Part shown: positions 13,666 through 27,713 of the stretch, piece by piece
How the letters are laid out: every line of letters starts with the position of its first letter
Numbering within the stretch: position 1 is the first letter of the stretch
Source: Octopus vulgaris
Taxonomy: Eukaryota
Reading direction: 5' to 3'
Assembly (NCBI GenBank): GCA_951406725.2
Contig: OX597825.1
Span: 8,866,001 to 8,930,000, forward strand
Length of the DNA stretch: 64,000 nucleotides
Notes under the pieces: generated by a model
What the model was told of the DNA's origin: nothing
What the model saw: only the letters and a program-made list of their open reading frames with translations
Databases searched by the model: none
Translations under genes and position numbers: made by a program

Positions 13666-13752
<87 letters not shown>

Positions 13753-13829
13753 TTGAGTTGTGGGGTATCGCACGAGTGGGATTATATAAGAAAAATGGTT
13801 TGAAAATGCAATTTAAACGATGTTTATTT

Positions 13830-13870
13830 ACTTAACCGGTTTCACTCTTTGGTAAAAGATTGTCAAAAGT
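13830..13870 (-). ncRNA. Hammerhead-like motif, U3-A8 core variant (left arm)
   Basis: Reverse complement of 15214-15254. Confidence 0.55.
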
Positions 13871-15213
13871 TACATTTAAGGAAACATTGAATAATATGGG
13901 TTCAAAAAAAGTTTTTTACATAATTGTCACATTGAATATTATGCATTCAAAAAAGTTTTTTACATAATTGTCACATTGGATATTATGGGTTCAAAAAAGT
14001 TTTTTTACATAATTGTCACATTGAATATTATGCATTCAAAAAAGTTTTTTACATAATTGTCACATTGGATATTATGAATTCAAAAATGTTTTTTTATACA
14101 TAATTGTCACATTATTTGGGAAAATTTGGCAGAAAAGGATAAAACAAATATATTATTGGGAATTGGTTGCGTTAATTATTGGTTGTCGCAAATTGTCACA
14201 TTACATGTATATATATACAATCTTTGGTATATATATACAGCGTTTTGACAGCAAAAATTAAAATGGATTTTTTGTACATCTCAGAATATTTTAAGTATGT
14301 TTTTACTGACCTGTCAGTATTAGCAGAAAGGCTGAACTGAGAGAACAGAAGAAGTAGCCAATGTGGTGTATACTTCCCCTTGTGTGTGTGTGTGTGTGTT
14401 GTGTGTGTATGTGTGTTATATATCTGTGTATGTTATATATAGATACATGTTATATTTGTGTGCTGTGTGTATATGTGATATATGTGGGTGCGTTGTGTGT
14501 GGGTGCGTGTGTTCTGTGTGTGTGTTGTTTGTATGTGGTGTGTGTTTGTATGCTATGTGTGTGTGTGTGTGTGTTGTGTGTGTGTGTGTTTGTGTGTATA
14601 TATATGTGTGTGACAAACAGACGCTGTCTGACCAGCAGGCACGGACACATCTATTCACACCCGCATACTAACCTCCTGATAACCCCAAAATCATTCATGC
14701 ATAAAGGGGAAGTATACACCACATTGGCTACTTCTTCTGTTCTCTCAGTTCAGCCTTTCTGCTAATACTGACAGGTCAGTAAAAACATACTTAAAATATT
14801 CTGAGATGTACAAAAAATCCATTTTAATTTTTGCTGTCAAAACGCTGTATATATATACCAAAGATTGTATATATATACATGTAATGTGACAATTTGCGAC
14901 AACCAATAATTAACGCAACCAATTCCCAATAATATATTTGTTTTATCCTTTTCTGCCAAATTTTCCCAAATAATGTGACAATTATGTATAAAAAAACATT
15001 TTTGAATTCATAATATCCAATCTGACAATTATGTAAAAAACTTTTTTGAATGCATAATATTCAATGTGACAATTATGTAAAAAACTTTTTTTGAACCCAT
15101 AATATCCAATGTGACAATTATGTAAAAAACTTTTTTGAATGCATAATATTCAATATGACAATTATGTAAAACACTTTTTTGAACCCATATTATTCAATGT
15201 TTCCTTAAATGTA

Positions 15214-15254
15214 ACTTTTGACAATCTTTTACCAAAGAGTGAAACCGGTTAAGT
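15214..15254 (+). ncRNA. Hammerhead-like motif, U3-A8 core variant (right arm)
   Basis: ACTT-TTGACAA-TCTTT tacc AAAGA-gt-GAAA-CCGG-TT-AAGT; stem I ACTT/AAGT, palindromic ACCGGT at stem III. Confidence 0.55.
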
Positions 15255-15293
15255 AAATAAACATCGTTTAAATTGCATTTTCAAACCTTTTTT

Positions 15294-15337
<44 letters not shown>

Positions 15338-16685
15338 TTATAGAAATATTATGCCTTCTTAAACTATTCTCATAAATTGGTTATTTATGTCTTGGATAGT
15401 TCACTAATCATTTATGCTTCATTGAAATTCTAAGACGTTTCCTGTGTTATACTCTCGATGGAAAATTATACAAGGGTGATGGAGTTCTGATGCTGTGTTG
15501 CTAACTGCTCATTTCTAAATTATATTGAAGAACCTATGATACTGCACATACGACAATATAGACGAAAATACCAATAAATCATTATACCTGTTCGGATATA
15601 TTAAATTCGAACAATGATATACAATCTTATACAAAACATTGTTTAGATTCTTAACCACAAAATAATTATAGGCGTTAGGTTCTTTTATTTTAGTAAAAAA
15701 AAATGCTGCTAGACAAAAATGGATATAAAAATAATTTAGGAGACAAAATAATACAACACTCATAAAATAAATAGTCACATGACACAATAACAATAAACAA
15801 ACCGTAATGCATAAGCCAATCATATCATGACCGAGAATGAATATAAAGGTTATCAAATAAAACACCATACTTTACCCAGACTCATAAAATATGTTTCCTA
15901 ATATTTTACGAAAATAAAAATTAAAAGTCTCTTCATCCGCTATAATACATACATGTAAATATACTTTAAATGACAATTGTATATTTACAATGTGTCTATT
16001 ACTATAACTGTCCTCTTCATAAATATTTACAAGAGGGTTATAAACTTCACAGTGTTGAACATAAAATTACAAAATTATTTTGCCGTCCGTCATTTTAAAT
16101 TTCTGAAATTTTAAATCACACAGCTCAGACTACATTTTAATAGAAAAAAAAAATTATTAGCTCCCAAAAGAGCAACTGTATGTAAGATTTACCCTCCACC
16201 CACGCTATCATTGGAAACTTTGTTGAGTAAATGTGGTGTATTAATATATAAAAATAGGGAATAACTTACCACGCATATACAAGTTATCCTAATATCAAAA
16301 TGAAATCAAAAACCGTAAAATATTTTTTTTCAAAGATATCTGACGTAATCGACCAGGAAGAGATTCTCTACCATCTTTTGTGCGTAATAGTGTTTGATCA
16401 AACATAGAATTGAAGTGATTTAAGTTCTATTGTTATAATATCTGAGGAAAAGTGAGATAAACAGTCGGTAGTGACGAAATAAATATGTGCACTGCTTTGG
16501 TGTTTGGGATTATAATATCTTACTTAAGCACTGTAGGTTTCTGAGTTGCTGGAGAATCAATAGAATGATAAAGGGTAAAGTGGGGACGATCTGACACATA
16601 TTTATGCTAAACATGTGATTATACGAGTTTTATGATCTTGGAGTAGTAGAAAATGCTTATGTCGTATACAACCGTGGTCTATTAT

Positions 16686-17100
16686 TCTCTCTCTCTCTCT
16701 CTCTCTTTCTCACACACACATACACACAACCCCCTCTCCCTCCTCCTCATCTAACCTCCCCCCGACCCCTACTTCTCTTCAATCCTTCATCCTTTCACCA
16801 CTACTCCTCTTCCCTTCTTCCCTCTTTCTCCCTCCCTCCTTCTTCCCTCTTCCCCTTCCCTCTTTCTCTCTGCTCCCTCACTCCCCTCCTCTTCTCCTCT
16901 CCTTCCTTCTCCCCCTTCTCTCCCCTCCTCTTCTCCTCTCCTTCCTTCTCCCCCTTCTCTCCCCTCCTCTTCTCCTCTCCTTCCTTCTCACCCTTACCCC
17001 TCCTCTTCTCCCCTTTCCTTCTCCCCTCTACTCCCCTTTCTTTCTCCCCCCTCATCACCACCCCTTACCTCCCCTCTCTTCCCTCATCTCCTCTCTCTAC
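16686..17100. repeat. Polypyrimidine/polypurine tract with about three ~39-bp tandem units
   Basis: CTCCCCTCCTCTTCTCCTCTCCTTCCTTCTCCCCCTTCT repeated around 16880-17005. Confidence 0.9.
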
Positions 17101-17315
17101 ACTACACCATACGACTTTACACATCACATCATATATACATACACACGTCCAGACCTCTCATACGCACTAATACTCTCTCATACACACACACACACTCTTC
17201 TCATACACACACACACACACACTCTTATGTTGGAGCGAGGTCATTCAACCCTATTATCTGCCCTAATTTCGCTCTTGCGTCTCACGGTTGATCTTTGTTT
17301 TCTGGCCGAAATCAG

Positions 17316-17523
17316 ATCGCCATGTTGATTCGCTAGCCTCTGCACGCATTTTTTTTCTCTCCTTCTTTCTGTGTTTCTTCTGTGTTTCTTAAAGACTTGT
17401 TTTATTTATATTTCCTGAGCGCCATACTAATACAATTGTTTGTTTGTATTCCACCTGTCTTCGTCTTTTGTTTATTTCCGTAAACCTGCCTTCGTCTTTT
17501 GTCTATTTTCATAAAGCTTCCCT
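17316..17523 (+). mobile_element. Short Penelope-LTR-like element lacking the hammerhead core
   Basis: Colinear with 7531-7742(-) but reads ...TTTC|TTAAAGAC where the other copy carries the ribozyme motif. Confidence 0.75.
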
Positions 17524-17582
17524 ATATATATATATACATACATACAAACTGATAGACAAACATACGCACACACGTACACATA

Positions 17583-17642
<60 letters not shown>

Positions 17643-17686
17643 TTTATATGTATGTATATATGTATGTATACATATGTGTGCATATG

Positions 17687-17725
<39 letters not shown>

Positions 17726-18107
17726 TCATACATTCATACATTCATACACACACACACACACACACATATATAGGTTATGAGAGTTAATGGTGTCAGGAAG
17801 ACCCAAAAGTGACATCTAATGCTGAGTAAGTGCTACCACCATACTTACTCGCAAGTATCGAGTGTGTTTTTGCAAAAGAATACATATTCTCTATCAACCA
17901 GCATTATCCATGAACAAGAAGAATGAACTATCGTGTTGATGACGCCAGAGATTTGCCCTTCAACTGACTTTAATCCACTGGTCGCGCATAATCCAGATAT
18001 AACTTATTTGGCCTCATTACCCCATACACAAGAGCTTGATACCTAAAACACGCCGATTGTATAAACAAGTGACCTGTCCATGGAGATCATTCAGCCTCTC
18101 TCTCTCT

Positions 18108-18316
18108 CTCTTTTGCTCTTTTACTTGTTTCAGTCATTTGACTGCGGCCATGCTGGAGCACCGCCTTTAGTCAATCAAATCGACCCCGGGACTTATTCTT
18201 TGTAAGCCCAGTACTTATTCTATCGGTCCCTTTTGCCGAACCGCTAAGTGACGGGGACGTAAACACACCAGCATCGGTTGTCAAGCAATGCTAGGGGGAA
18301 AAACACAGACACAAAA

Positions 18317-18393
<77 letters not shown>

Positions 18394-18560
18394 TATACGA
18401 CAGGCTTCTTTCAGTTTCCGTCTACCAAATCCACTCACAAAGCATTGGTCGGCCCTGGACTATAGCAGAAGACACTTGCCCAAGATGACACGCAGTGGGA
18501 CTGAACCCGCAACCATGTGGTTGGCTAGCAAGCTACTTACCACACTGCCACTCCTGCGCC
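18108..18560 (-). mobile_element. tRNA-derived octopus-type SINE, full length
   Basis: Reverse complement of 37659-38075, with an expanded central (TA)n(TG)n. Confidence 0.92.
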
Positions 18561-19444
18561 TATCGTATAGTTTCTCAATATAATTTCCTTTATTTTACTA
18601 GAGCACCACCGAATCTTAATTGAGCAACTGATTTGGTTACTCTCTCCAAAATAATATGAAATAAAATGAAACACAGTAAATCATCAGCGTATACACAATA
18701 GCTGTATGCATACAACAGACACTTATACACACACACATACAATAGGGTTATTTGCAAACACACATACATGCCGGTTATATAGACACAAAAGCATAGGAAA
18801 TATACACATAAATAATCTGCCAGTTATGATCGATTCTCGAGAGAGAAATGAATATACACATGCAAAATCCAAAGGCAGACACACCAGGCACACATACACA
18901 CAAAAAAGATGCAAGCGAAACGCGTATATTTGTGCATAAAGACACACATATACACAGCAGTTACACTTTCACGAGCACAAAACACACGCATACATACATA
19001 CAATAAACGGTCCGATGTCAACAGCAGACGCCTACACACGCTGCAGATGCATAATCACACGTACCCCATACGGTCACTTAGATATCAAGTATATATACAC
19101 ACATATACACAATCAACTGTGGTCTGAAGTTGTTACATACTAAAGCCACCTTTCAGCTAGTGCCGCTACAAAGATTCTATCCTAGCAAATGGTCCCAAAT
19201 ATCCAGCTTGGAATGCAGCAAGAGAATTGATGTTACTACCTTATTGATTACACCCATGGCTCGCCTTAGCCCATAGTTGCTCAATATTGATATGCCATTT
19301 TGATCACACCTCATTCGGTTTGTCCGCGTCTTACAAGATGCGTTCGTTAGACGAGCCAAGAAAATTTCAAGCTACATGAAGACAAATCAACTTGTTATTG
19401 AATAAATAAAGAAATAAATTAATGATATACATACATACTTCAAT

Positions 19445-19553
19445 ATATAGATAGATAAATAGATAGACAGATACATACGAACATACATGCATACATACAT
19501 ACATACATACATACATACATACATACATACATACATACATACATACATACATA
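19445..19553. repeat. (GATA)n/(CATA)n microsatellite
   Basis: Directly visible. Confidence 0.95.
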
Positions 19554-20577
19554 CCAACACACATGTATACATTATGAGTAAGCTGTTGTAAGGAAAATGA
19601 CTGGATGAGGGAGAAGAAGAAGAAAGACGTAAGAATTTGCGTATGGTCGGATATCGTTCTGTGACACAGAGATGTCTTGTGAAGTATATATGTTTTTATA
19701 GGTCTTTGAACAACGTTGGATAAAATAAGTGCGTAGTGATTTATTAAGAAATTCCCCGTATATTAATTAGTTGGAATTTTCTAATTCATTGCGCTCTCAC
19801 CACCAAATGTAGCTGACAAGTTCCACTAATGGATAAGATGGCGTTCTTATCACACTGAAATCACTAACGGTTGCTATGACTAAGGTTACCGTAGAACTCT
19901 ATGTTCAGTAGTGGTGTTTGTGCTTGCTATGCGATTCTGTAAATGAAATTAAATGGATAAAGGTTTTGATGAAAGCCAACGAACAACAACAAAAATAGAG
20001 AAATAATTATGAAAATAAACAAAATCGAATTTTAATTAGCGTTTCTGCTAGTTTTGCCTATTTGTTTTCCTGTTTTCTTATTGATTTCGATTTAAAAGAT
20101 ATAAAAGATGCACACTTAGGTCGAACAGACGAGGTAAACGATCGATTGTATAGCATTTATTAGCGTCCTCACTTATAAAGGTTTTATATTATATTCTCCT
20201 GCAAAATTAAGAAGCCGGAATCTGATTATGATGCTAATCACGCTGAGGATGACGGCGACAACGATGGCAGTTTCTGCTGATTAAGAAAGAAGGGATCAAG
20301 ATAATGAATATATTGATACAATGATGATCGTGGCGATATTGGGGACGCTGATATTAAAGGAGATTATAGAGACAATAACGACGCCTGAAACACTGACGCT
20401 GGATTTGCTGTCGGCGATGCAGTGTTGCCAATGTCGATCTGCAAGGAAGCATGTTTATAATACAGATTAGAAGGAGAAATATGAGTGTGAGTTGGTGTGT
20501 GTGTGTGTATGTGTGTGTTTATATGTGTGTCTGCCTGGAAATGTGTGCAAGCGTGCTCCACTTTGTCAACTATGAAA

Positions 20578-20602
20578 TACTACTACTGCTACTACTACTA
20601 CA

Positions 20603-20660
<58 letters not shown>
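20578..20660. repeat. (CTA)n microsatellite
   Basis: Directly visible. Confidence 0.95.
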
Positions 20661-21109
20661 GAAGTAGTAATGCTGCTGCTACAATTAATGTCACTACTAG
20701 TGTTTCTGCTACTAATAATAATTATGTTGATTGGTTTGATACTACAGAGGGGCATCGATCGAGGGAAACAGCTTACAATCTGAATGGAGCTTAACATAAA
20801 ATGATGAGGGAAGAAAAAAGAAGAGAATGTAGGAGATGAGCTAATAAAAGTATACAAAGCACGTTGTATTCAGTAAGATGGGATCAAAATTTAATCCTTA
20901 TCACTGAAGCAACAATATCGTGTAATGTTGCTGCTTTGCGGTCCTAGGGACTGCCTCCATATTTTCAGCACACTCGCTTTTAGATTTTAGAAGCTTGCTC
21001 CCGAATCTGTTCTTTTCGTATCATAGTTGCTGCTATTGATGTGGATGTTGATTTTGTATCGTCACTACTAGGGTTGGGGGGGGGGTCATTTCATTTCTGA
21101 CATTTCCTA

Positions 21110-21349
21110 AATCTCAAGAATCTTCTTTGGGATTCATGTAAGATGCAGGATTGCTCTTTTCTGTTTTACAAGCATGCGACTCTTAATTACAAAATCCATA
21201 AGCCTCTCAAGTAGCTGTTTGGATGTTCGACCGAGTACGCCAATTACCATAGAAATAATTGTCACCTTAGACCAGTAGTTTTGAACCTGGGGTCTGTGGA
21301 ACCCTGGTGTTCCGCAAAGATAATACTGGGTTCCGTGAACTAAATTCAA

Positions 21350-21398
<49 letters not shown>

Positions 21399-23925
21399 AG
21401 GATAATCATATCACGAGGGATCCATTGGAAAACTCATTTAAATAAAAAGAGTTGGGGGCCACTGTTTGCAACTATTTTTAAAAAGATGGGAAACACTGTC
21501 TTCGGCAATCATTAAATTGCTTTGCCTAGGTCCAGATATTTCTCAATGTTTTCCATTTCTTTGATATCCATTGTATTATTATTCTTAATACGAAATTTTT
21601 CAGATGTTTGTAAGTTCATAGAGTGAGAGAAAAATTAGTATTCTTTTCATGAAATTGTGTATTCTGTATTGTTTTCATTTCAAAACACATTTCATTTCTT
21701 CTGGTTAAGACTGTAATTGAAGGAGCATGACTTTGCTATTCCCTCGCCAGTTCAGAGTTTCCTTCTAAAATCTAAGAGCTTCACAATGATTACAGTAAGT
21801 ATTCATGTCAGCAATGTATTCATCTGCTAAGTAGCCAGTTAGCAGTTTACACTTTTGTTTTTTTAACTTCTCTCTCATTTTCACTTTAGATTCTATCTTG
21901 AACACGTTCCCTCATCAGTTGTAAGTACTCACTTAGAATCATATTCTACCTTTTTACACGCTGACGGTCCCATACTTGTTCTAGTGATTCGACCCTCTGT
22001 TCCATTTTTCATAGTTGCCTATATAGTCTTATTCTTTCTCTTTGTTAGCTTATATCATCTTACATCCATATTTTATAAACAAATATCAATTTTCAAACGA
22101 AAAATAGTATCAGTTATGCGCATGCGTTAAGTGATAGGTCATGCAAAAAGCATTTAATTCAATTTAAAGCGATATCTCCAACGCCATCACCAGCAAGAGT
22201 ACCACCACCACCATCAGAACCTCTCTTCTATTTCTAACTCTATATAACTCCCTTCAAATCTTTAACCACATAATTAATTATTACTTACCCCTTACCTCAC
22301 GTTTTACCCCTTCTCCCACTCTCTTTCTCTTCTTGCTCTTCACCTTTCCCTTCAGCTAATCACATGACAGCGTAACGCGTTTCCTCCTTAGCGTATTAAT
22401 ATATAAACTATCTGGTTCCGTGCCGTCATCAGGCTTTTTCTTCTGGCCTCAGTTCATAGTTAGTGCTGTGCATTTACCTACCCGAAACTCAATTCTAATG
22501 TCGTTATTGAATACGTTCACTATTTCGATTAGAGACTCCAAGCTTATCTCACTCATTTGTATATATATCATTAGGTCATCCATAGAAAGTAGGTGATTTA
22601 TTCTGATCTTGGTTTTAGCAAACTCATAACCAGAGGCATTACTGCAATGACGATGTGTAGCGGAGAGAGCAAGTCTCCTTCGATAATATCCCTGCATATT
22701 TCCAAATTTCCTAGCGACACAATTGCACATGTCAGTTCTACATCTCATTCTCTCATTGCTTTCTCGTTGGCTCTGAACCTCTTAAGACATTCCAAGATCC
22801 AGCTGCGTAGGATATTTTCGCAGTCCTTCTTGTAATCTATCAATCCAACAACTAAATTCTTCCTCCTTTCCCGTAGCTCATATAAAAGTCAATTGTCGAT
22901 ATATATAGCAAATTAGCAGTTTCTCCTGATTTCTCCCTATATTCGTTTTGCTCTTCTGGAGGTGGGTTCTCCTTTTCCAAAAATTTCAGCTGCTAAGCGG
23001 CCAGTTAGCAGTTCCCTGAGTAGTAGTAACGTAATAGATCTATAAATGCATACTGCCCCACTCTTTTCTTTATTCTGCACTGTCCTATGGTAACCCATAT
23101 CCGTATTCCATTTTCTATGCAGTCGCAAGAAACAGTCGTATATAGTTGTGTACACTTGGGTGGTATCTGAGCAAGATACCGTGGACACTATTTCGTTCGA
23201 AGGATTTCCAGTTTGGTATTTTCTTGATCACCTCTATCATTTTCTCATCTGTTATTATTATATTTTCTTCTATCGTTCCATCTTCCGTTTCTCTTTTAAA
23301 TTCCCGTAACTAGTCTGTTTTTATATTATGTTGGAATTCTTTGCTTCAGGTTTCTGCCCAGAATATTCTTGCTGCTACAGTATCTGATATATCGTCTCCC
23401 TGAAGCTCTTGTTCATTGTTATGTATATAAAATTTTCTTTTGTTATTCTAGAACAGTTAGTTCTGTTGATACGGATTTGTTCTCTGTTCGTAACTGTTTT
23501 TTACCCGACACTGCTTTCATGTTTTTTGATTCAGTTCTTCTTTAACTGCTTACAATGCTTTCTGTCTTATGTTTCCCTTGCAGATCTCTCTTGCGTCTTT
23601 CCTTCACTCCTGTCTCTTCTATGATTGCTTTTATCCGTCCGAGATCACTTTTGGAACGCTCAGTTCTATTCTGAAGCCACAAATTCCACAAAGTTCCAAA
23701 TGAATCGTTCCTGCCACATTGTCATGTCACTTTTGTATTCAAGTTGTGCAAATTCCGGGCACTCGCTAACAATATTCTACACTGCACCGCCCTCAGAAGT
23801 GTTTCCGTTTCTATTTTCAAATCACTTCACCGTGTCCATAACCATCAGGCTTATTTTTCTGAATTTTGCGCTCCTATCTCTTGGAAACTAGCAAAGTGAC
23901 TGTGTGCTTTCTTTTCTTGTTATGC
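21110..23925 (-). mobile_element. Decayed R4/Dong-like LINE
   Basis: RT motifs INHLLSMDDLMIY..LESLIEIVNVFNNDIRIEFRVGKC (22449-22748), YRSITLL (22937-23188) and C-terminal MVIGVLGRTSKQLLERL (21134-21270); many stops and frameshifts. Confidence 0.85.
21273..21464. mobile_element. hAT-like MITE nested in the LINE remnant
   Basis: Ends CAGTAGTTTTGAAC... and ...GTTGGGGGCCACTG with internal (TA)n; no clean 8-bp TSD. Confidence 0.5.
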
Positions 23926-24118
23926 CATGCAGATCCGTTAGCACGCCGGAAAAAATGCCGATAAGAATTTCGTCAAATTCCACCGATAACGACTTTGCCT
24001 TTCACATTGTTGAGGTCGATGACGTAAGTGTCACTTGAACACTGGAGTCGATGTAATGGATCTTGTCCCTTGTCCAAAGTTTCAGACCTTGCGCCCAGGG
24101 TAGAAGCGGTTATTATGA
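23925..24118 (+). mobile_element. Degenerate Meta/MESC-like SINE
   Basis: GACTTTGCCTTTCACATTGTTGAGGTCGAT core and family tail. Confidence 0.75.
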
Positions 24119-24966
24119 CTATTGTTCAGGCTTTGTGGCTATAGTGGAAAAGAATATTATTATTCTTGTTGATTTTGTTTCTGTTAGCGGTTTTGTTGAA
24201 GCTGCCATTGCTATTGTTGCCGCTATACTGTTATGGCATTTGTGGTTGTTGCTGTTGCTATTTCTGTGGCCATTTAAGTTGTTAATTGTTATTTTAGTAG
24301 TGATGGTGATGATGCAATTCAGATTATAGGTGGATCTTGACCAAAACATTACATCCATCATCATTATCGTCTACGTCACCATCACTATTTCATTGCCTAG
24401 TTCTTTCACACTCATCAACATTAACACCATTTTTTTATTATCGTTACGCAGATAGAACCGACTACATCGTATCCATCTTTCTATTTTCACAACCACGCAT
24501 CTCTTTCGGCTCCACCTCCTCCATGCATATTCCCTCACCAGCCTCCATCCCAAACTTTTATAGTCGCCCTCTCTATCTCTTTTTCGTCCTAAAATACTCC
24601 GATAGCCGATCCTCCAACGCCCCTTCAATATTATCTACCATAATAAAATGTAGTCATGTTTTGCTTGGAAGCATTGCTATTCATGCATGCTGCTTCTTAA
24701 CAAATTCACTGAGATAGGAGTGTATTCAAAGAGTTATAATTATTAAAATTGGGAGAAAGGCGGGGAATTGAAAAAAAAAAAGTAATAATAATATTGCCTA
24801 CTACGTGATTGAAAATGAAGAAAAGGAGAGAAAAGGACTTAAACAAATATTTGTTTTCCTATGTGAGAATAGTGTTCAACTTCAAACGACGGAATTTAAT
24901 TAATTACAGGAATATCTTTTCCTTTATCCTTCCATCTCTACTCTCTCTCTTTCACTTTCTCTCTCA

Positions 24967-24967
<1 letters not shown>

Positions 24968-25044
<77 letters not shown>

Positions 25045-25045
25045 G
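24968..25045. repeat. (TATC)n microsatellite
   Basis: Directly visible. Confidence 0.95.
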
Positions 25046-25233
25046 TCTTTCTCTATCTCCCGCTCAAACCCGCAGATACACCAACATACTCATACAAACA
25101 CACAAACGCTGAATATCACATGTTTAGCACTTTCCGTTAAAATTTCTACTCATTTTGTAATTATTCATCTGTTTATTGCAGTCAGTATATATGTGTATTA
25201 ATGCATATACATACATGCATGCATACATAATAC

Positions 25234-25292
<59 letters not shown>

Positions 25293-26965
25293 ACTGAATT
25301 TTTGTGTATTCATGTGCATATATGGTTATGTATTTATGTTTCATTATGTGTATTGGTATGTGTCCCGTTTAAGTGTATATGTACGAACCACTGTACATTT
25401 GTGTTTAGGTGTGTGTTTGATGCCAAAGTCATAGTTTCGAGCGCATAAAATTCGAAGATTAAAACACACACCTCACGTTCGATATCTAGCAATTACAATG
25501 ATCAAAAAACATTTTTAAAGCAAGAATTACCATCAGAGATAACCACATGTGTGAAAAGATAATAATACAAATGTTTAGGTTGGGTTGATATATAGTTGTG
25601 ATATTAAAATGTGCGAATGACGCCGAGAGAAAAGAGACGAGTGCGTGCTTATTTTTAAAAAAAAGTACTCATCGAATTCTGATGATAATGGACACTGATA
25701 TCTGAGCATATTGGAGATCGATGACATTACTTATAAATGATGTAAATTTGAAAACAACATATATGAAGAGATTAAAGCTTGTATCGAAGTCTGAAATCAA
25801 TTCAATGACTCTGATAAATGTGATCAACGCATGGACGATCGCTGCTAAGTGATATATTGCTGAAATAGGGAAAGGATAGAAATAGGAAGCAAGAGGCGTC
25901 AGACAGAAAACGGGGAAATCGCTGAGAGTACAAGGAACACTTCATTAAAGAATGAATGTCAGTCGTTTATTTTTAAAGGCAAAAAAGGGATGCAGAGAGA
26001 GAGAGAGAGAGGAGAATAATTCGCATTTCTCATTGTGCAAATGAAGGCTGAATGTTAGGAAGCTATTAATTTGCAATGAGCGAAGAAGAATTGCTTAAAC
26101 ATGCTGCAATAAATCTAGGGCTTATATATACGCAACTTCAGTAGAAGACATTCGCAAGTAGGATACCTTGTGAAAACATGAAGCACTGAGAGAAATACAA
26201 TTACATGGAGCGATTCCATGGAGAAAATTGTCAGAAAATGTGAGAAATAATGATTCATTACTAGTGAATAAGGTGTACAGATTTCAATTTCGAAACTTTG
26301 AGTTAACTGGTAACCAGTAAAAATTAAGCTTTAAGTAATATTCCACTTAGCAAGACTATTCATTCAACGGCATCAACAACCAAATACAGCCTCAGTAATC
26401 GGAAAGTTGTAAATCTTAAACTTATTGTTGCAGTTTGCTTTGGTTTTAATCCCAGAAATGTTCAAAGGCGGGAGTAATGATACTTCAAAGAAGCCATGCA
26501 ATCTAAATACGAAGAAAGGGCCTAGATGAAGTCTCTAATCGAAGAATATTATAAGATTTTGAAGACCAGGCAGACAGAAGCTTTGAACACAGCAGAACAA
26601 ATATCATCATATTACACAGGAAAATAGAATACTTCACAAAAGTCGTTGGAAGTCGTTTTCCCGACAAAACAGTTGCGAAACAGAAAGTAAAGAAAGAAAT
26701 TTCAAATTATGGTGATTTAAAATTAAATTAGAGATATAACGAATATGGAGATGTCCAGCAGCAACATGGAATATGATGCCAATTATATTCGGAGATTTGG
26801 GGCTAAATCACCCACCTGTCTGCAATATGCCATATGACATGGAACGGTCGAACATGAAGATTTGAATACTCCAAAATATTTCCCACTTTTTCACAATGTC
26901 TTTCTTTAAGGATTCACATTTGACAAACAGACGAAAAAGCAGCAAATAACTATGCTTAACATCCA

Positions 26966-27713
<748 letters not shown>

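Larger units (their letters stand above)
13090..13667 (-). mobile_element. Penelope-like element 3' end (GIY-YIG C-terminus + pseudo-LTR)
   Basis: Translates KIRVDEHCNAVTQGDIGKSGIVDHVWKNG..DEVKIIDREHH*KIRKLKEAAHVLGHNNLLSRPSEDMNSTWEPVL, a typical PLE endonuclease tail, followed by a tRNA-like module and a hammerhead. Confidence 0.85.
13783..15301. repeat. Long inverted repeat (arms about 13783-14381 and 14704-15301, 322-bp spacer)
   Basis: Arms are near-exact reverse complements with a few mismatches; each contains about five ~39-40-bp tandem units (CAAAAAAGTTTTTTACATAATTGTCACATTG.ATATTATG). (TA)n lies on both sides. Confidence 0.95.

Noticed and set aside
13900-14115. ~39-bp repeats resembling a CRISPR array
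   Set aside because: Units are contiguous with no unique spacers; eukaryotic minisatellite, no cas genes.
17849-18042. Minus-strand exon candidate with GTAAGT donor
   Set aside because: All three frames are closed from the best acceptor; no recognisable product.
19177-19359. 60-aa ORF in GC-richer patch
   Set aside because: No recognisable motif; possibly an old LINE fragment, too weak to call.
22405-22440. CTGATGA on the minus strand
   Set aside because: No stem II/GAAA; lies in decayed LINE coding sequence.
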